Shown here: positions 53,093 to 62,613 of the stretch, piece by piece
Layout: the number at the start of each line of letters is the position of its first letter
Position numbering within the stretch: position 1 is the stretch's first letter
Assembly (NCBI GenBank): GCA_030390025.1
Contig: CM059432.1
Span: forward strand, 131,566,001 to 131,630,000
Length of the DNA: 64,000 nt
Source: Squalus acanthias
Taxonomy: Eukaryota
Reading direction: 5' to 3'
Notes under the pieces: generated by a model
What the model was told of the DNA's origin: nothing
The model's input: the letters and a program-made list of their open reading frames with translations, nothing else
Databases searched by the model: none
Made by a program: the position numbers and the translations under genes

Positions 53093-56000
53093 GCAACTAA
53101 CCTGATTCAGCAGACACATTCTACTCATAAAGACATTTTGCAAGAAAAGGAATCTCTCCTACTGAAGATCAGACTCTTGGAGCAGGATAAATTAAGGCTT
53201 CAACGTTATGAAGATGAACTAAGTCGAATAAAGGCACTGCTAGAAGCTGAATCCCGCTTGAAGCAACGACTTCAGGATGAAAATGATACTGTCAGAACTG
53301 ATCTAAGTTACTGGAAGAGTCAAGCAGAAATACGACAGCTAGAAAAAGGAAAGTCAAGTAGTGAGTTTGAGCGTTTGAAAGCTGAACTTGACAGACTGCA
53401 AACAGAACTGAGAATGACTGAAGAAAGATACAGACAGAAACTTGAAGAAAGTGAAAGAGCAAAGAGATCTGAGCTGGAAGCGCTGCGTATTAAAACACAA
53501 TTAGAAATTGAAAAACTTAGTCAGGAACCACTAACACTCAACAAGCAGACTCAGACAGCTGATATAGTTACAGTTGATTTTGCAAAACTTTTGTTTGATG
53601 GAGTCCGTAAAAAGGTTACAGCAAACCAGTTGTATGATTGTCACCTTATTGATAAATCAACTTTCGAACAGCTACTAAGAGGACAAAAAACAGTGATGGA
53701 TATTTCTGATGACATTAAATTGAGTCTTCATGGGTTGGAGAATATAGCTGGAGTCTACTCACAGAAAAATGGAGAAAAACTCTCAATGTCAGAAGCAACA
53801 AAAAAGAATATTCTTACTCCCGATGTAGCCTTGTCACTTTTAGAAGCACAGGCAGCTACTGGGTTCATCACTGATCCAATCAAAAACAAAAAGATGACTG
53901 TGGATGAAGCTGTTGCAGTGGGCCTTGTCGACTATAAAGACCGAGACAAACTTCTGGTGGCAGAGAAGGCTGCAACCGGGTTTAAAGACCCGTTTACAGG
54001 AAAAGTTATCTCACTGTATGAAGCAATGAAAAAAGATATTGTTGACCGAGAGACAGGTCTTCGCTTGTTTGGGGCGCAGATTGCGGCAGGTGGAATAATT
54101 GATTCAATCAACAGTGTATATCTACCAAAAGAGCTTGCATATAAGCGTGGGCTGATTGATGCAGAAATGTATCAAACACTTGCCTCTTCTTTTGATGACT
54201 CAAAAATCTTTGTTGATCCAAATACAAATACAAAAGTTTCCTATCAACAGCTAAAGTTAGCCTGTAGAACAGATCCTGGAACAGACTTACTACTTTTGCC
54301 AGTGCAGAAAACAGAAATAACGCTACCAGGGATTAGAGCACCAGTGCCAATAGACAGTCTTGTGGCTGCTGAGGTTATAGATCAAAAAACAGCTGATGCT
54401 CTTGAACATGGAAGCATAACAGTAGAGGAAGTCAGTAACCAGTATAAGGGCTACCTACAAGGCAACAGTAGCATTTCAGGAGTGTATGTTGAAGCCACAA
54501 AGGAGAAGCTTCCAATCTATCATGCCATGAAGAAGGGCTTGCTTAGACAGGGCACAGCTCTTGAGCTTCTAGAAGCTCAGGCAGCCACAGGTTATATAAT
54601 TGATCCCGTCAATAACCAAAAGCTGACCGTTGAGGCTGCTACTGCAAAGGGAGTTATAGGTCGAGAATACACAAGTAAACTTCTTTCAGCAGAAAAGGCT
54701 GTTACTGGTTACAGAGATCCTGAAACTGGGAAAATCATCTCATTGTTTCAGGCAATGAGAAAAGGCCTGATTGAACACACTCATGGCATTCGCTTGCTGG
54801 AAGCCCAGATTGCAACTGGTGGAATTATTGATCCAAACATGAGTCACCGTTTGCCAGTTGACATTGCTTACAAGCGTAATTACTTTGATGAAGAACTGAA
54901 TGAAATTCTGATTGATCCCAATGACGACACCAAAGGCTTCTTTGATCCCAACACAGAAGAAAACCTGACCTATCTTCAGTTAATGGAACGGTGTATTATT
55001 GATAAAGTCACAGGCCTTTGCTTGTTGCCACTGAAAGAAAAGAAAAAGGAACCCACAACCTCCAGGTCATCCGCAGTGAGAAAGCGTCGAGTTGTTATCG
55101 TAGATCCTGATACAAACCGAGAAATGACAGTACGTGAAGCATACCACAAAGACTTGATAGATTACGAGACTTTTCTACAACTTTCTGAACAGGAAGCAGA
55201 GTGGGAAGAAATAACAATTACAGCATCAGATGGGACCACAAAAACAGTGGTTGTTGACAGAAAAACTGGTAATCAGTATGACATTGAAGAGTCATTACGG
55301 AAAGGTTTAATTGATAAAAAGAGTTTTGATGACTACCGCTCTGGAAATATGACACTTACGCAGTTTGCGGATTTGTTCACTGATAAGATTAATGCCGGTA
55401 CATGTAATGGGAGTAAACAGAATAGTTTAACAAACCGTAGTCCTAGTCCAAGTCCATCGCCAAATTTTAAAAAACTCACTTTTGATTCTTCTGATGATTC
55501 CACTCCCATTGCAGCCATATTTGATATTGAAACATTGGAAAAAGTGACAATTTCTGAAGCCATACGTCGCAATATTGTTGATGCTATTACAGGGCAGAGG
55601 TTGTTGGAAGCCCAGGCCTGTACAGGAGGTATAATAAATCCTGGAACTGGTCAAAAACTATCCATTCAAGAGGCTGTGTTTCAAGCTATTATTGAGGAAG
55701 ACATGGGAAAGAGATTAAAGCCAGCACAAAAAGCATATGTTGGTTTTGATGATGTGAAGAGCAAAAAAAGGCTCTCTGCAGCAGAAGCAATGCAAGAGAA
55801 TTGGTTGCCATATGAAGCTGGACAACGCTTCCTCGAGTACCAGATTGCTACAGGCGGACTGGTTGTGCCAAATGCTTCAGGACGAATCACCATTGACGAA
55901 GCAGTAAGAGGAGGCTTGGTTAATGCCAAAACAGCTCCGAAACTGCAGGACACCAGTAGCCATTCAAAATGCCTAACCTGTCCCAAAACAAAATTGAAGA

Positions 56001-56287
56001 TTTCGTATAAAGAGGCAGTAGATCGTTCTATGGTTGAAGATAAAACTGGCATGCGGATGTTAGAAGCAGCATCGTTTTCCACTAAAGGAATTAATAGTCC
56101 TTACAACGCAGGCGGCTTCTCTGGACCAAATTCTCGTTCAGGTTCCCGCTCGGGTTCCCGTTCAGGTTCACGAAGTGGGTCAAGGCGAGGGAGTTTTGAT
56201 GCCACCTCCTCCAACATGTCTCTCAGTACTCAAACAACTTATCTTAGCAGTTCTTCTATACGCTCATCATTTACTACAAATACCTAA
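53093..56287 (+). CDS. DSP: Desmoplakin last coding exon (exon 24 equivalent): end of rod, plakin repeat domains A, B, C and GSRS tail
   Basis: atttAG acceptor; repeated LLEAQ(A/I)ATG.IIDP plakin motifs; RKRRVVIVDPDT linker; GSRSGSRSGSRRGSFDAT; TAA at 56285-56287. Confidence 0.98.
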   Translation, partial: ATNLIQQTHSTHKDILQEKESLLLKIRLLEQDKLRLQRYEDELSRIKALLEAESRLKQRLQDENDTVRTDLSYWKSQAEIRQLEKGKSSSEFERLKAELDRLQTELRMTEERYRQKLEESERAKRSELEALRIKTQLEIEKLSQEPLTLNKQTQTADIVTVDFAKLLFDGVRKKVTANQLYDCHLIDKSTFEQLLRGQKTVMDISDDIKLSLHGLENIAGVYSQKNGEKLSMSEATKKNILTPDVALSLLEAQAATGFITDPIKNKKMTVDEAVAVGLVDYKDRDKLLVAEKAATGFKDPFTGKVISLYEAMKKDIVDRETGLRLFGAQIAAGGIIDSINSVYLPKELAYKRGLIDAEMYQTLASSFDDSKIFVDPNTNTKVSYQQLKLACRTDPGTDLLLLPVQKTEITLPGIRAPVPIDSLVAAEVIDQKTADALEHGSITVEEVSNQYKGYLQGNSSISGVYVEATKEKLPIYHAMKKGLLRQGTALELLEAQAATGYIIDPVNNQKLTVEAATAKGVIGREYTSKLLSAEKAVTGYRDPETGKIISLFQAMRKGLIEHTHGIRLLEAQIATGGIIDPNMSHRLPVDIAYKRNYFDEELNEILIDPNDDTKGFFDPNTEENLTYLQLMERCIIDKVTGLCLLPLKEKKKEPTTSRSSAVRKRRVVIVDPDTNREMTVREAYHKDLIDYETFLQLSEQEAEWEEITITASDGTTKTVVVDRKTGNQYDIEESLRKGLIDKKSFDDYRSGNMTLTQFADLFTDKINAGTCNGSKQNSLTNRSPSPSPSPNFKKLTFDSSDDSTPIAAIFDIETLEKVTISEAIRRNIVDAITGQRLLEAQACTGGIINPGTGQKLSIQEAVFQAIIEEDMGKRLKPAQKAYVGFDDVKSKKRLSAAEAMQENWLPYEAGQRFLEYQIATGGLVVPNASGRITIDEAVRGGLVNAKTAPKLQDTSSHSKCLTCPKTKLKISYKEAVDRSMVEDKTGMRMLEAASFSTKGINSPYNAGGFSGPNSRSGSRSGSRSGSRSGSRRGSFDATSSNMSLSTQTTYLSSSSIRSSFTTNT

Positions 56288-56909
56288 ACAAATAGCTAAT
56301 TACAGTGGATTTTCAAAATGTATTGGAAGATCCAAATTTTTATTCATTTTTCTTTTCAAACTCTTCGAAATGTGTTTGTATTATACACTGGTGCCCTGTT
56401 AAGATCAGTATCTATTTGTTGCAGAGGGAGTTAATTTGACGATTAATAATTAATATCCCCAGGTTTCAAATATAATCAATTCAGTATAAAACCTTTTTTT
56501 TCCACGAGATTGCTATTTTACATAGTTAATACTATATTGTATAGCAGTTTCAAAGTGCCATTGATTGGTGCCAATGAAGGGAAACAGTTTAAAAATGTCA
56601 AATCTTCAGTAGGATTTTATTGTACAGCATTGGTATTTTACACTGCAGTGAAACATTTCTGTACATAGAAACATAAATTGATCTTAAGTGGGCTCCACTG
56701 TATTGAATGTAGTTTCATACTGGCTTGTAATGGGATGTTTTTAGTGGGTGGAGAGGAAATTGTGCTTAAAATTTTAATTTTTTTTTGATGGATGATGAAT
56801 ATTCAGTACATGGCCAGAAAATCTCTCTTTACTAATGAAAAGGGTTAATCTTCTATCCAGTTGTAAGCATGTTGAATTTTAAGATTGTGTATTCTTGGTT
56901 TTCTTTATT

Positions 56910-56915
56910 AATAAA
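56910..56915 (+). terminator. Candidate polyadenylation signal of DSP
   Basis: AATAAA about 620 nt after the stop at the end of an AT-rich UTR-like tract. Confidence 0.65.
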
Positions 56916-56949
56916 GTTTCATTATTTGAAATGGCTTTGCATTTGATTC

Positions 56950-57027
56950 AAAAAGTACTTCATTGGCTGTAAAGCGCTTTGGGACGTCCGGTGGTCGTAA
57001 AAGGCGCTGTATAAATGCAAGTCTTTT
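56950..57027 (+). mobile_element. Deu-SINE 3' tail fragment
   Basis: AAAAGTACTTCATTGGCTGTAAAGCGCTTTGGGACGTCC...ATAAATGCAAGTC. Confidence 0.75.
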
Positions 57028-58647
57028 ATTGTCTCTGGTTGCTAACGGTCTAAGTAAATAGGCAACCTGAACTTTGTTCTTAGTAGACCACCAGCATGTA
57101 CAACACCATTGTCTTCACATTTGTCAGAGTTGGCACCGATTTGGCAATTCAGCTCGGAGATGCCATAATGGTCAATTAAAGAAATGGAAAACTTGCACAC
57201 CTGGAATTTCCACAGGAGTTCTCCAGGCGGCTGTCAACAGAACCCCTGGAGCAATGGCATAAAGGAACATTCATAGCTGTTCTCAAGGGTTCTACCAATC
57301 TCCCATCAAAGTTCTTGCAGGAGATTGGTAGAACCTTGTGGAAATTCAGGGCCACAATTTCTGCCCATACAGTACACCTCTTTAAAACTCTTATGCTACA
57401 GTCTCGAGTAATACAACTACATATTAATGTTCTGAATAGAACAGCAGAACTGAAAAAGATATTAGCCTTGAAATTCCATATCATAAGTTTTCTGGGTTTA
57501 CTCCACTGCATCTGGAGTTTCACCTGCTGACTGTTTACATGCTGAATTGACTGGGTATTCTATGGTAAGAGGCACACCTCCTGACTCCCCCAAAGCGCCT
57601 CCGCCACGTACAGGGCACTGGTCAGGTGTGTGATGGAATATTCTCCCAGTAATGTCAACCCCACTGTCTCATAAATCATGAGACAAACTCTTAAAAATCA
57701 TGAGTTGCTTTTTGTCCCCCCCCCCCGACCTGACCCCTCATTGACCTTTGCTCCCAGACAGGAAATGCATTCGGCCGTCACTAACCAATTACTGACATAA
57801 GAATATAAAAAATAGGAGCAGGAGTAGGTGGATTGTTGGCACGTCACTCGAAGGTCGGCCTCGCTCGCTTTTGACAGTTACTCTTTTCGGAACAGAACCT
57901 CCTCCAGCCCTACAACTCCCCAAGATCTCTGCGCTCCTCCAATTCAGACCTCTTGCGCATTCCCAATTTAATCATTACAACAGTGACTATACTTCAGAAA
58001 TTACTTCATTGACTGTAATGCGCTTTGGGATGTCTGGTGATCGTGAAAGGCGCTATATAAATGCAAGTCTTTTTCTTTAATCGCTCCACCATTGACTGCC
58101 GTGCCTTCAGCTGGCCACATTTACACTACCATCCAATACAAGAGGTAACCTTTGTTGCCCCCAGGTGATTTGAATGCTTCAGACAGATGTGCTAATTTGG
58201 TTGGCCTGTAGAAACTGAGGTGCCTTAACATTTCTGAAAATGTAAACCTGCTGCCAGAATTCTGATTTTCAAAAGTAAGCTCCAATTTTACCTACTTTTT
58301 ATCTTAAGGTTTTTATTAACTTTCATCAGCAACAAGACTAAAACCATAAATTCACCCTGGTGCAATATTGGACTTAGTAAAAAGTAGCTAATAAAAGTAA
58401 GTTAACTTGTGTCAATCACTCTTCCCTCTGCTAAAATGCTTTCTTGCCTCTCCTAATGATTGAAAGCCTGATCTTACAAACCCATCTGCAGTAGGATAAT
58501 TTTATTTTAAAAACTGATTCATATACAACTCAAAATTCACACAAACTTGTTTCTCATTTCCTCTCCTAAAACGTGTCACTGCCATCTGACAGCAACAAAG
58601 TACCTTCTTACTTGCCTGTTGCAGGTAAAACTCGGTGACTCGTTCAC

Positions 58648-58728
58648 CTGTAATAGGTTTAACAAGATGAGGTACACTTGGTATCTACCGATCTCTCCCA
58701 CCGATTTGAAAGCTTCGTCCAGCCCCAT
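58648..58728 (-). pseudogene. Captured SLC22A15-like first coding exon with splice donor
   Basis: ATG...MGLDEAFKSVGEIGRYQVYLILLNLLQ then GTGAAC; resembles recalled human SLC22A15 N-terminus MEVEEAFQAVGEMGIYQMYLCFLLAVLLQ. Confidence 0.7.
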
Positions 58729-58875
58729 AGTAGTAGCCGGCTGCACTGATCTGGCCCGCTTTGGCTAGCTCGGTGGTGACCGTGGAGTTTCTGTAACCTT
58801 AGCACCAAAGGAGAAGGAGGGACATGCTGCCCTCATCACCATGGGAACCAGCTGATTTTTTTGTCCTTTTAGGCG

Positions 58876-59237
58876 TTAACGTTGCTCGGATGGCCGTTTT
58901 TCTTCGGCAGCAGAATGGCCTGGAAGTTGGGCAGGTCCTGCCCTGGGCTTTGGTTAACCCTCCTAGCATATCCAGCTCTCTAGTTGCGGATGGCGAGCTG
59001 CAGGTGGCGGGGGGATGATCTTGGTCGTCTTGTTGCGGGCCAGCTCCAGGATCTCAGCGGTCAAGTATACTGACCGGCCAGGTAGAGGGGGGCTCCGGCC
59101 CCAACATGGTCGGCATAGTGACCCTTGCGCAGTTGCCGGTGAATGGGGCCGATAGGAAATTGAGACGGCTCTGGATGAACGGGTCTTAGATTGGGTACGT
59201 CCTTTCCTTTCCCTCCAGTTTTACCGCGACCAGACAT
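58876..59237 (-). pseudogene. Histone H2A pseudogene (frameshifted, H2A.X-like core residues, short tail)
   Basis: [82 protein letters not shown] across several frameshifts and deletions. Confidence 0.92.
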
Positions 59238-60204
59238 CCTCCTAAAACTCTCAATAACTCTACAGCTTCTACCTGCAGCACGTGGCGTTTCTCAGAGGGT
59301 GACACAACACGTCACCCTTTGAGAACCTCTGACTTCCCCAACCCACGTAGCCCCAGCAGCCAATCACCATAAAAAATCATGACTTACTTGAGTGGAATCG
59401 CGAGTTGGGGAGCATTTTCGTTAAAAATCGCGTCTCGCAAGACTTGGCATTACTGCTCTCTACTTACCTGGCTGACTGCAGTTGGAACAATACTCAGGAA
59501 GTTCAACATCATCCAGGACAAAGCAGTCTGCTTGATCTAAACCTCCATCTACCAGCTTAAACATCCATTTCCTCCACCAGCTTAAACATACATTTCTTCC
59601 ACCACTGACTGACTGTGGCTGCAGTGTCTACAGTATTCATTGCAGAAAGTCACCAAGGCTTCTTTGGCAGATCCTCAAACTCGCAACCTGCGCCACATGG
59701 AGGGTCAAGGAACACCAGCACCTCCAAGTTCCCATCCAAGTCACACACCATCCTGACTTGAACATAATCACTGTTCCTTCACTGTCGCTGGATGTAAATC
59801 CTGGCACTCCCTACCTAAGCATTATGGGAGCACCTTCACTACGTGGACTGCAGTGGTTCAAGAAGAAGGCCCATCACCACCGTCTTGAGGGCAACTAAGA
59901 ATAGGCAATAAAATGTCGGCCTTGCCAGCGACGTTCACATCCCGAGAATTAATTCTTTAAAAAAAAATGGTGTCAGCTCATTTGCAGTTCTATTAGATGA
60001 TCGCCAGCACAATCCCATGTAAAACAGGAGTAATGTGCTGAGTACTTGGAAATTAAATACAGCTTTTAAAAAGCTAAGTCTGCCTTAAGTTCACAGCAGG
60101 CGGAGGGATCAGCAGGTAAGTAGGGAAGTGTTCTTATCCCACTTTTCAAGAATTTCTTCCACTGGAGGATCTGTTATAGACAGCCAAAGAAGGAACAAGG
60201 GCAT

Positions 60205-60431
60205 TCCAAGGAGAAACAAAAGAAAAGCTCACAACTTCAGTGAGTCTCAGCTCCAAACCATCCTCAGAAATTGAAGAGAGAGAGGGTGCTGGGTCTACCT
60301 GGGAGGAAGCCTCATAAAAAGTCTTATGACATGTGGAGGGAGGTGGCAATGACACTTAGTGCTAATTCTTACCCCCAGAACTGCAGACCAGTGTCACATG
60401 AGGTTCAATGGCTTTACCACGACAGGCAAGG
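60205..60431 (+). mobile_element. Decayed Harbinger Myb/SANT-like (trihelix) DNA-binding ORF remnant
   Basis: KRKAHNFSESQLQTIL...DMWREVAMTLSANS...PRTADQCHMRFNGF with frameshifts. Confidence 0.6.
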
Positions 60432-60589
60432 TTAACATGTTGACCACGTTCCCTTCTCTTCCTTTGGGCACCAGCACACTCTTCACCCTCTAAAATTAAG
60501 AGCTGTACAACTAATCTTCACACAGCACTTTGGTTAAATGGGCACAGACTGGGGATCTTACAGTATGTGTAGCCATTATCCCTAACAGG

Positions 60590-61742
60590 TGAATCTGTGC
60601 TCCAAGGCCAATACATCCTTCCTGAGGTGCAGTGCCCAGAATTGAATGCAGTACTCTAAGTGGGGCCTAACCAGAGCTTTATATAACTAAAATAACTTCC
60701 ACCCCTTTGTATTCCAGCCCCCTTGAGATAAAGGCCAACATTGTATTAGCCTTTTAAATTATTTTTTGTACCTGTCCATTAGCTTTTAGTGATTTCTGTA
60801 CTTGGACCCCTAAATCTCTGCTCCTCCACAGTTCCTAGCTTCTCACCATTTAGAAAATACTCTGATCTATCTTTCTTGGGTCCAAAGTTGATGACCTCAC
60901 ACTTCCTACATTGAACTCCATCTGCCACAGTTTTGCCCACTCACTTAATCTATCAATGTCCCTTTGCAACTTTCTGCTCCTATCCACAGTATTTACTGTG
61001 CCACCAGACTTGGTGTCATCAGCAAACTTGGATATACGGATTTCTATTCCTTCATCTAGGTCATTTATAAATATAGTGAAAAGCTGAAGCTCCAGTCCCT
61101 GGGGGACACTTCTACCTCCTAACTAATTCCCTAATCAGGTCAATAGGTTGCCTCCAATTCCATGCACTCTCATTTTTATTAACAGTCTCTTCTGTGGAGC
61201 CTTATTGAATGCCTTCTGAAAGTCCATATAAATAACATCCGTGTATATTCCCTTAGTTACCTCCTCAAAAAATTCAACTAGATTCATTAGACATGACTTG
61301 CCCTTTACAAATCCATGCTAGATCTCTCTGATCAGTTCCTATTTGTCTAAGTGCTCAGTCATTCTGTCCCTAATAACAGATTCTAATAACTTCCACACAA
61401 TAGACATTCATTCTCTAGTTTATCTGTCCTACCCTTCTTAAAAAATGGAGTGACATTGACAATTTTCCATTCCAAGGGAACAATTCCTGAATCAAGAGAG
61501 TTGTGGAAGATCATGATTAGAACATCTACAATATCCTCCCTACTTTTAATATACTGGGATGGAGATTTGTCTATCTTTAGTCTCATTATTTTCTCCATTA
61601 CTTTTTTTTGCTTACATTAAATCTAGTAAATTCCTCCCCTTGATTTATTTTTAGTTTTCCGCATAACTCTGGTACTTTATCCCTATCCTCTACTGTGAAG
61701 ACCGATACAAAGTAAGTATTTATCAAGTCTGCCATTTCCTGA
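60590..61742 (-). mobile_element. Degenerate CR1 LINE ORF2 fragment
   Basis: IFHNSLDSGIVPLEWKIVNVTPFFKKG; KFADDTK and [15 protein letters not shown] readable on minus strand. Confidence 0.85.
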
Positions 61743-61747
61743 TGTTT

Positions 61748-62092
61748 CAACAACTTGCATTTATATAATGCCTTTAACATAGCAAAATGTCCCTAGGTGC
61801 TTCACAAGAGCGTTATTAATCAAAATTTGACACCGAATCATAGAAGGAGATATCAGGACAGATGACCAAAAGCATGGTCAGAGAGGTAGGTTTTAAGGAG
61901 CGTCTTAAATGAGGGTGGGGTAGAGAGGTGGAGAGGTTTAGGGAGGGAATTTCAGAGCTCAGGACCTAGGCATCTGAAAGCACGGCCACCAATGGTGGAG
62001 CAATTAAAATCGGGGATGCGAAAGATGCCAGAATTGGAGAAGCGCAGAGATCTTGGAGGGTTGTAGGGCTGGAGGAGGTTACAGAGATAGGG
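61748..62092 (-). mobile_element. L2 LINE 3' end
   Basis: PYLCNLLQPYNPPRSLRFSNSG...GGRAFRCLGPEL; tail AAAGGCATTATATAAATGCAAGTTGTTG on minus strand. Confidence 0.8.
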
Positions 62093-62174
62093 AGCAAAGT
62101 TCCCTCTAATTTCTTTTTGTATTGAGCGGGCCACGAACTCCTTTGAGCGCGACCTTTTTGTCCATGGGCAAATT

Positions 62175-62243
62175 TTTACAACAACAACAATCTTTACAAC
62201 AACAACAATCTTTACAACAACAACTATCTTTACAACAACAACT
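62175..62243. repeat. 18 bp tandem repeat (TTTACAACAACAACAATC) about 4 copies
   Basis: Directly visible. Confidence 0.9.
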
Positions 62244-62257
62244 TAAGTGCATCTATA

Positions 62258-62329
62258 CAGTAATGCCATATTGCCACCCCACCATCTTAAATCACGAGAC
62301 AATCAGACAAACTCTTAAAAATCAGTGAG
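62258..62329 (+). mobile_element. Truncated second copy of the left end of the 57647..59455 DNA transposon
   Basis: CAGTAATGCCA...ACCCCAC...AAATCACGAGAC...AGACAAACTCTTAAAAATCAGTGAG aligns with 57647-57704. Confidence 0.75.
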
Positions 62330-62613
62330 CCTTTAGTTAGTCGTAGCATTCCCCCCTCTCTGAGTTAGAAGGTGAAGGGTTCAAGCCCCACTAAAGACAT
62401 CCCGGCGAGTGGAGACTGGAATATGGTCTCTAAATACTGGGTTGACATCCAACGGGGTACTCGCGTCCAGATTGAGTGACCACTGGTGCAGTGGTAGTAT
62501 TCCTGCCTCTGAGTCAGAAGGGTTGCCCCTAGGCCCCACTCCAGACAACTCTGGTGAGTGTAGCAGTGGAACTCTGAATACTGGGTTGACTTCCAGCAGG
62601 GGTACTTGAGTCC
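62330..62613 (+). repeat. Diverged tandem dimer of a ~150 nt unit containing a tRNA-SINE-like head
   Basis: CTCTGAGT(T/C)AGAAGG, GCCCCACT, AATACTGGGTTGAC and GGGGTACT each occur twice about 140-155 nt apart. Confidence 0.6.

Larger units (their letters stand above)
88..56287 (+). other. DSP: Desmoplakin gene, 5'-partial (21 coding exons in window, equivalent to human exons 4-24)
   Basis: Spliced exons total 7699 nt, all introns GT-AG, phases consistent; peptides match desmoplakin head, rod and plakin-repeat tail ending GSRSGSRRGSFDAT. Confidence 0.97.
57647..59455. mobile_element. Non-autonomous TIR DNA transposon (hAT-like CAG termini, about 6 bp TSD) carrying host-gene fragments
   Basis: TIR CAGTAATGTCAA / TTGGCATTACTG; flanks TTCTCC (57641-57646) and CTCTCT (59456-59461); AATC(G/A)(C/T)GA subterminal repeats at both ends. 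Confidence 0.8.
57560..59965 (+). mobile_element. CR1/L2-superclade LINE 3' fragment split by a DNA transposon (LINE parts 57560..57646 and 59456..59965)
   Basis: Left ...YRALVRCVMEYSP continues on the right as LTWLTAVGTILRKFNIIQDKAVCLI; tail ...GGCCTTGCCAGCGACGTTCACATCCC-polyA. Confidence 0.8.

Noticed and set aside
55333..56082. Antisense ORFs within the last DSP exon
   Set aside because: Expected shadow ORFs of a long coding exon; no independent support.
53093..56287. Plectin, dystonin or epiplakin assignment
   Set aside because: Only three plakin repeat domains (A, B, C), and exon sizes and peptides follow desmoplakin.
58876..59237. Functional histone H2A gene
   Set aside because: Multiple frameshifts, deletions and an in-frame stop; no intact ORF.
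62175..62243. CRISPR-like array or polyQ protein (ORF 62122..62328)
   Set aside because: Simple tandem repeat without spacers in eukaryotic DNA.
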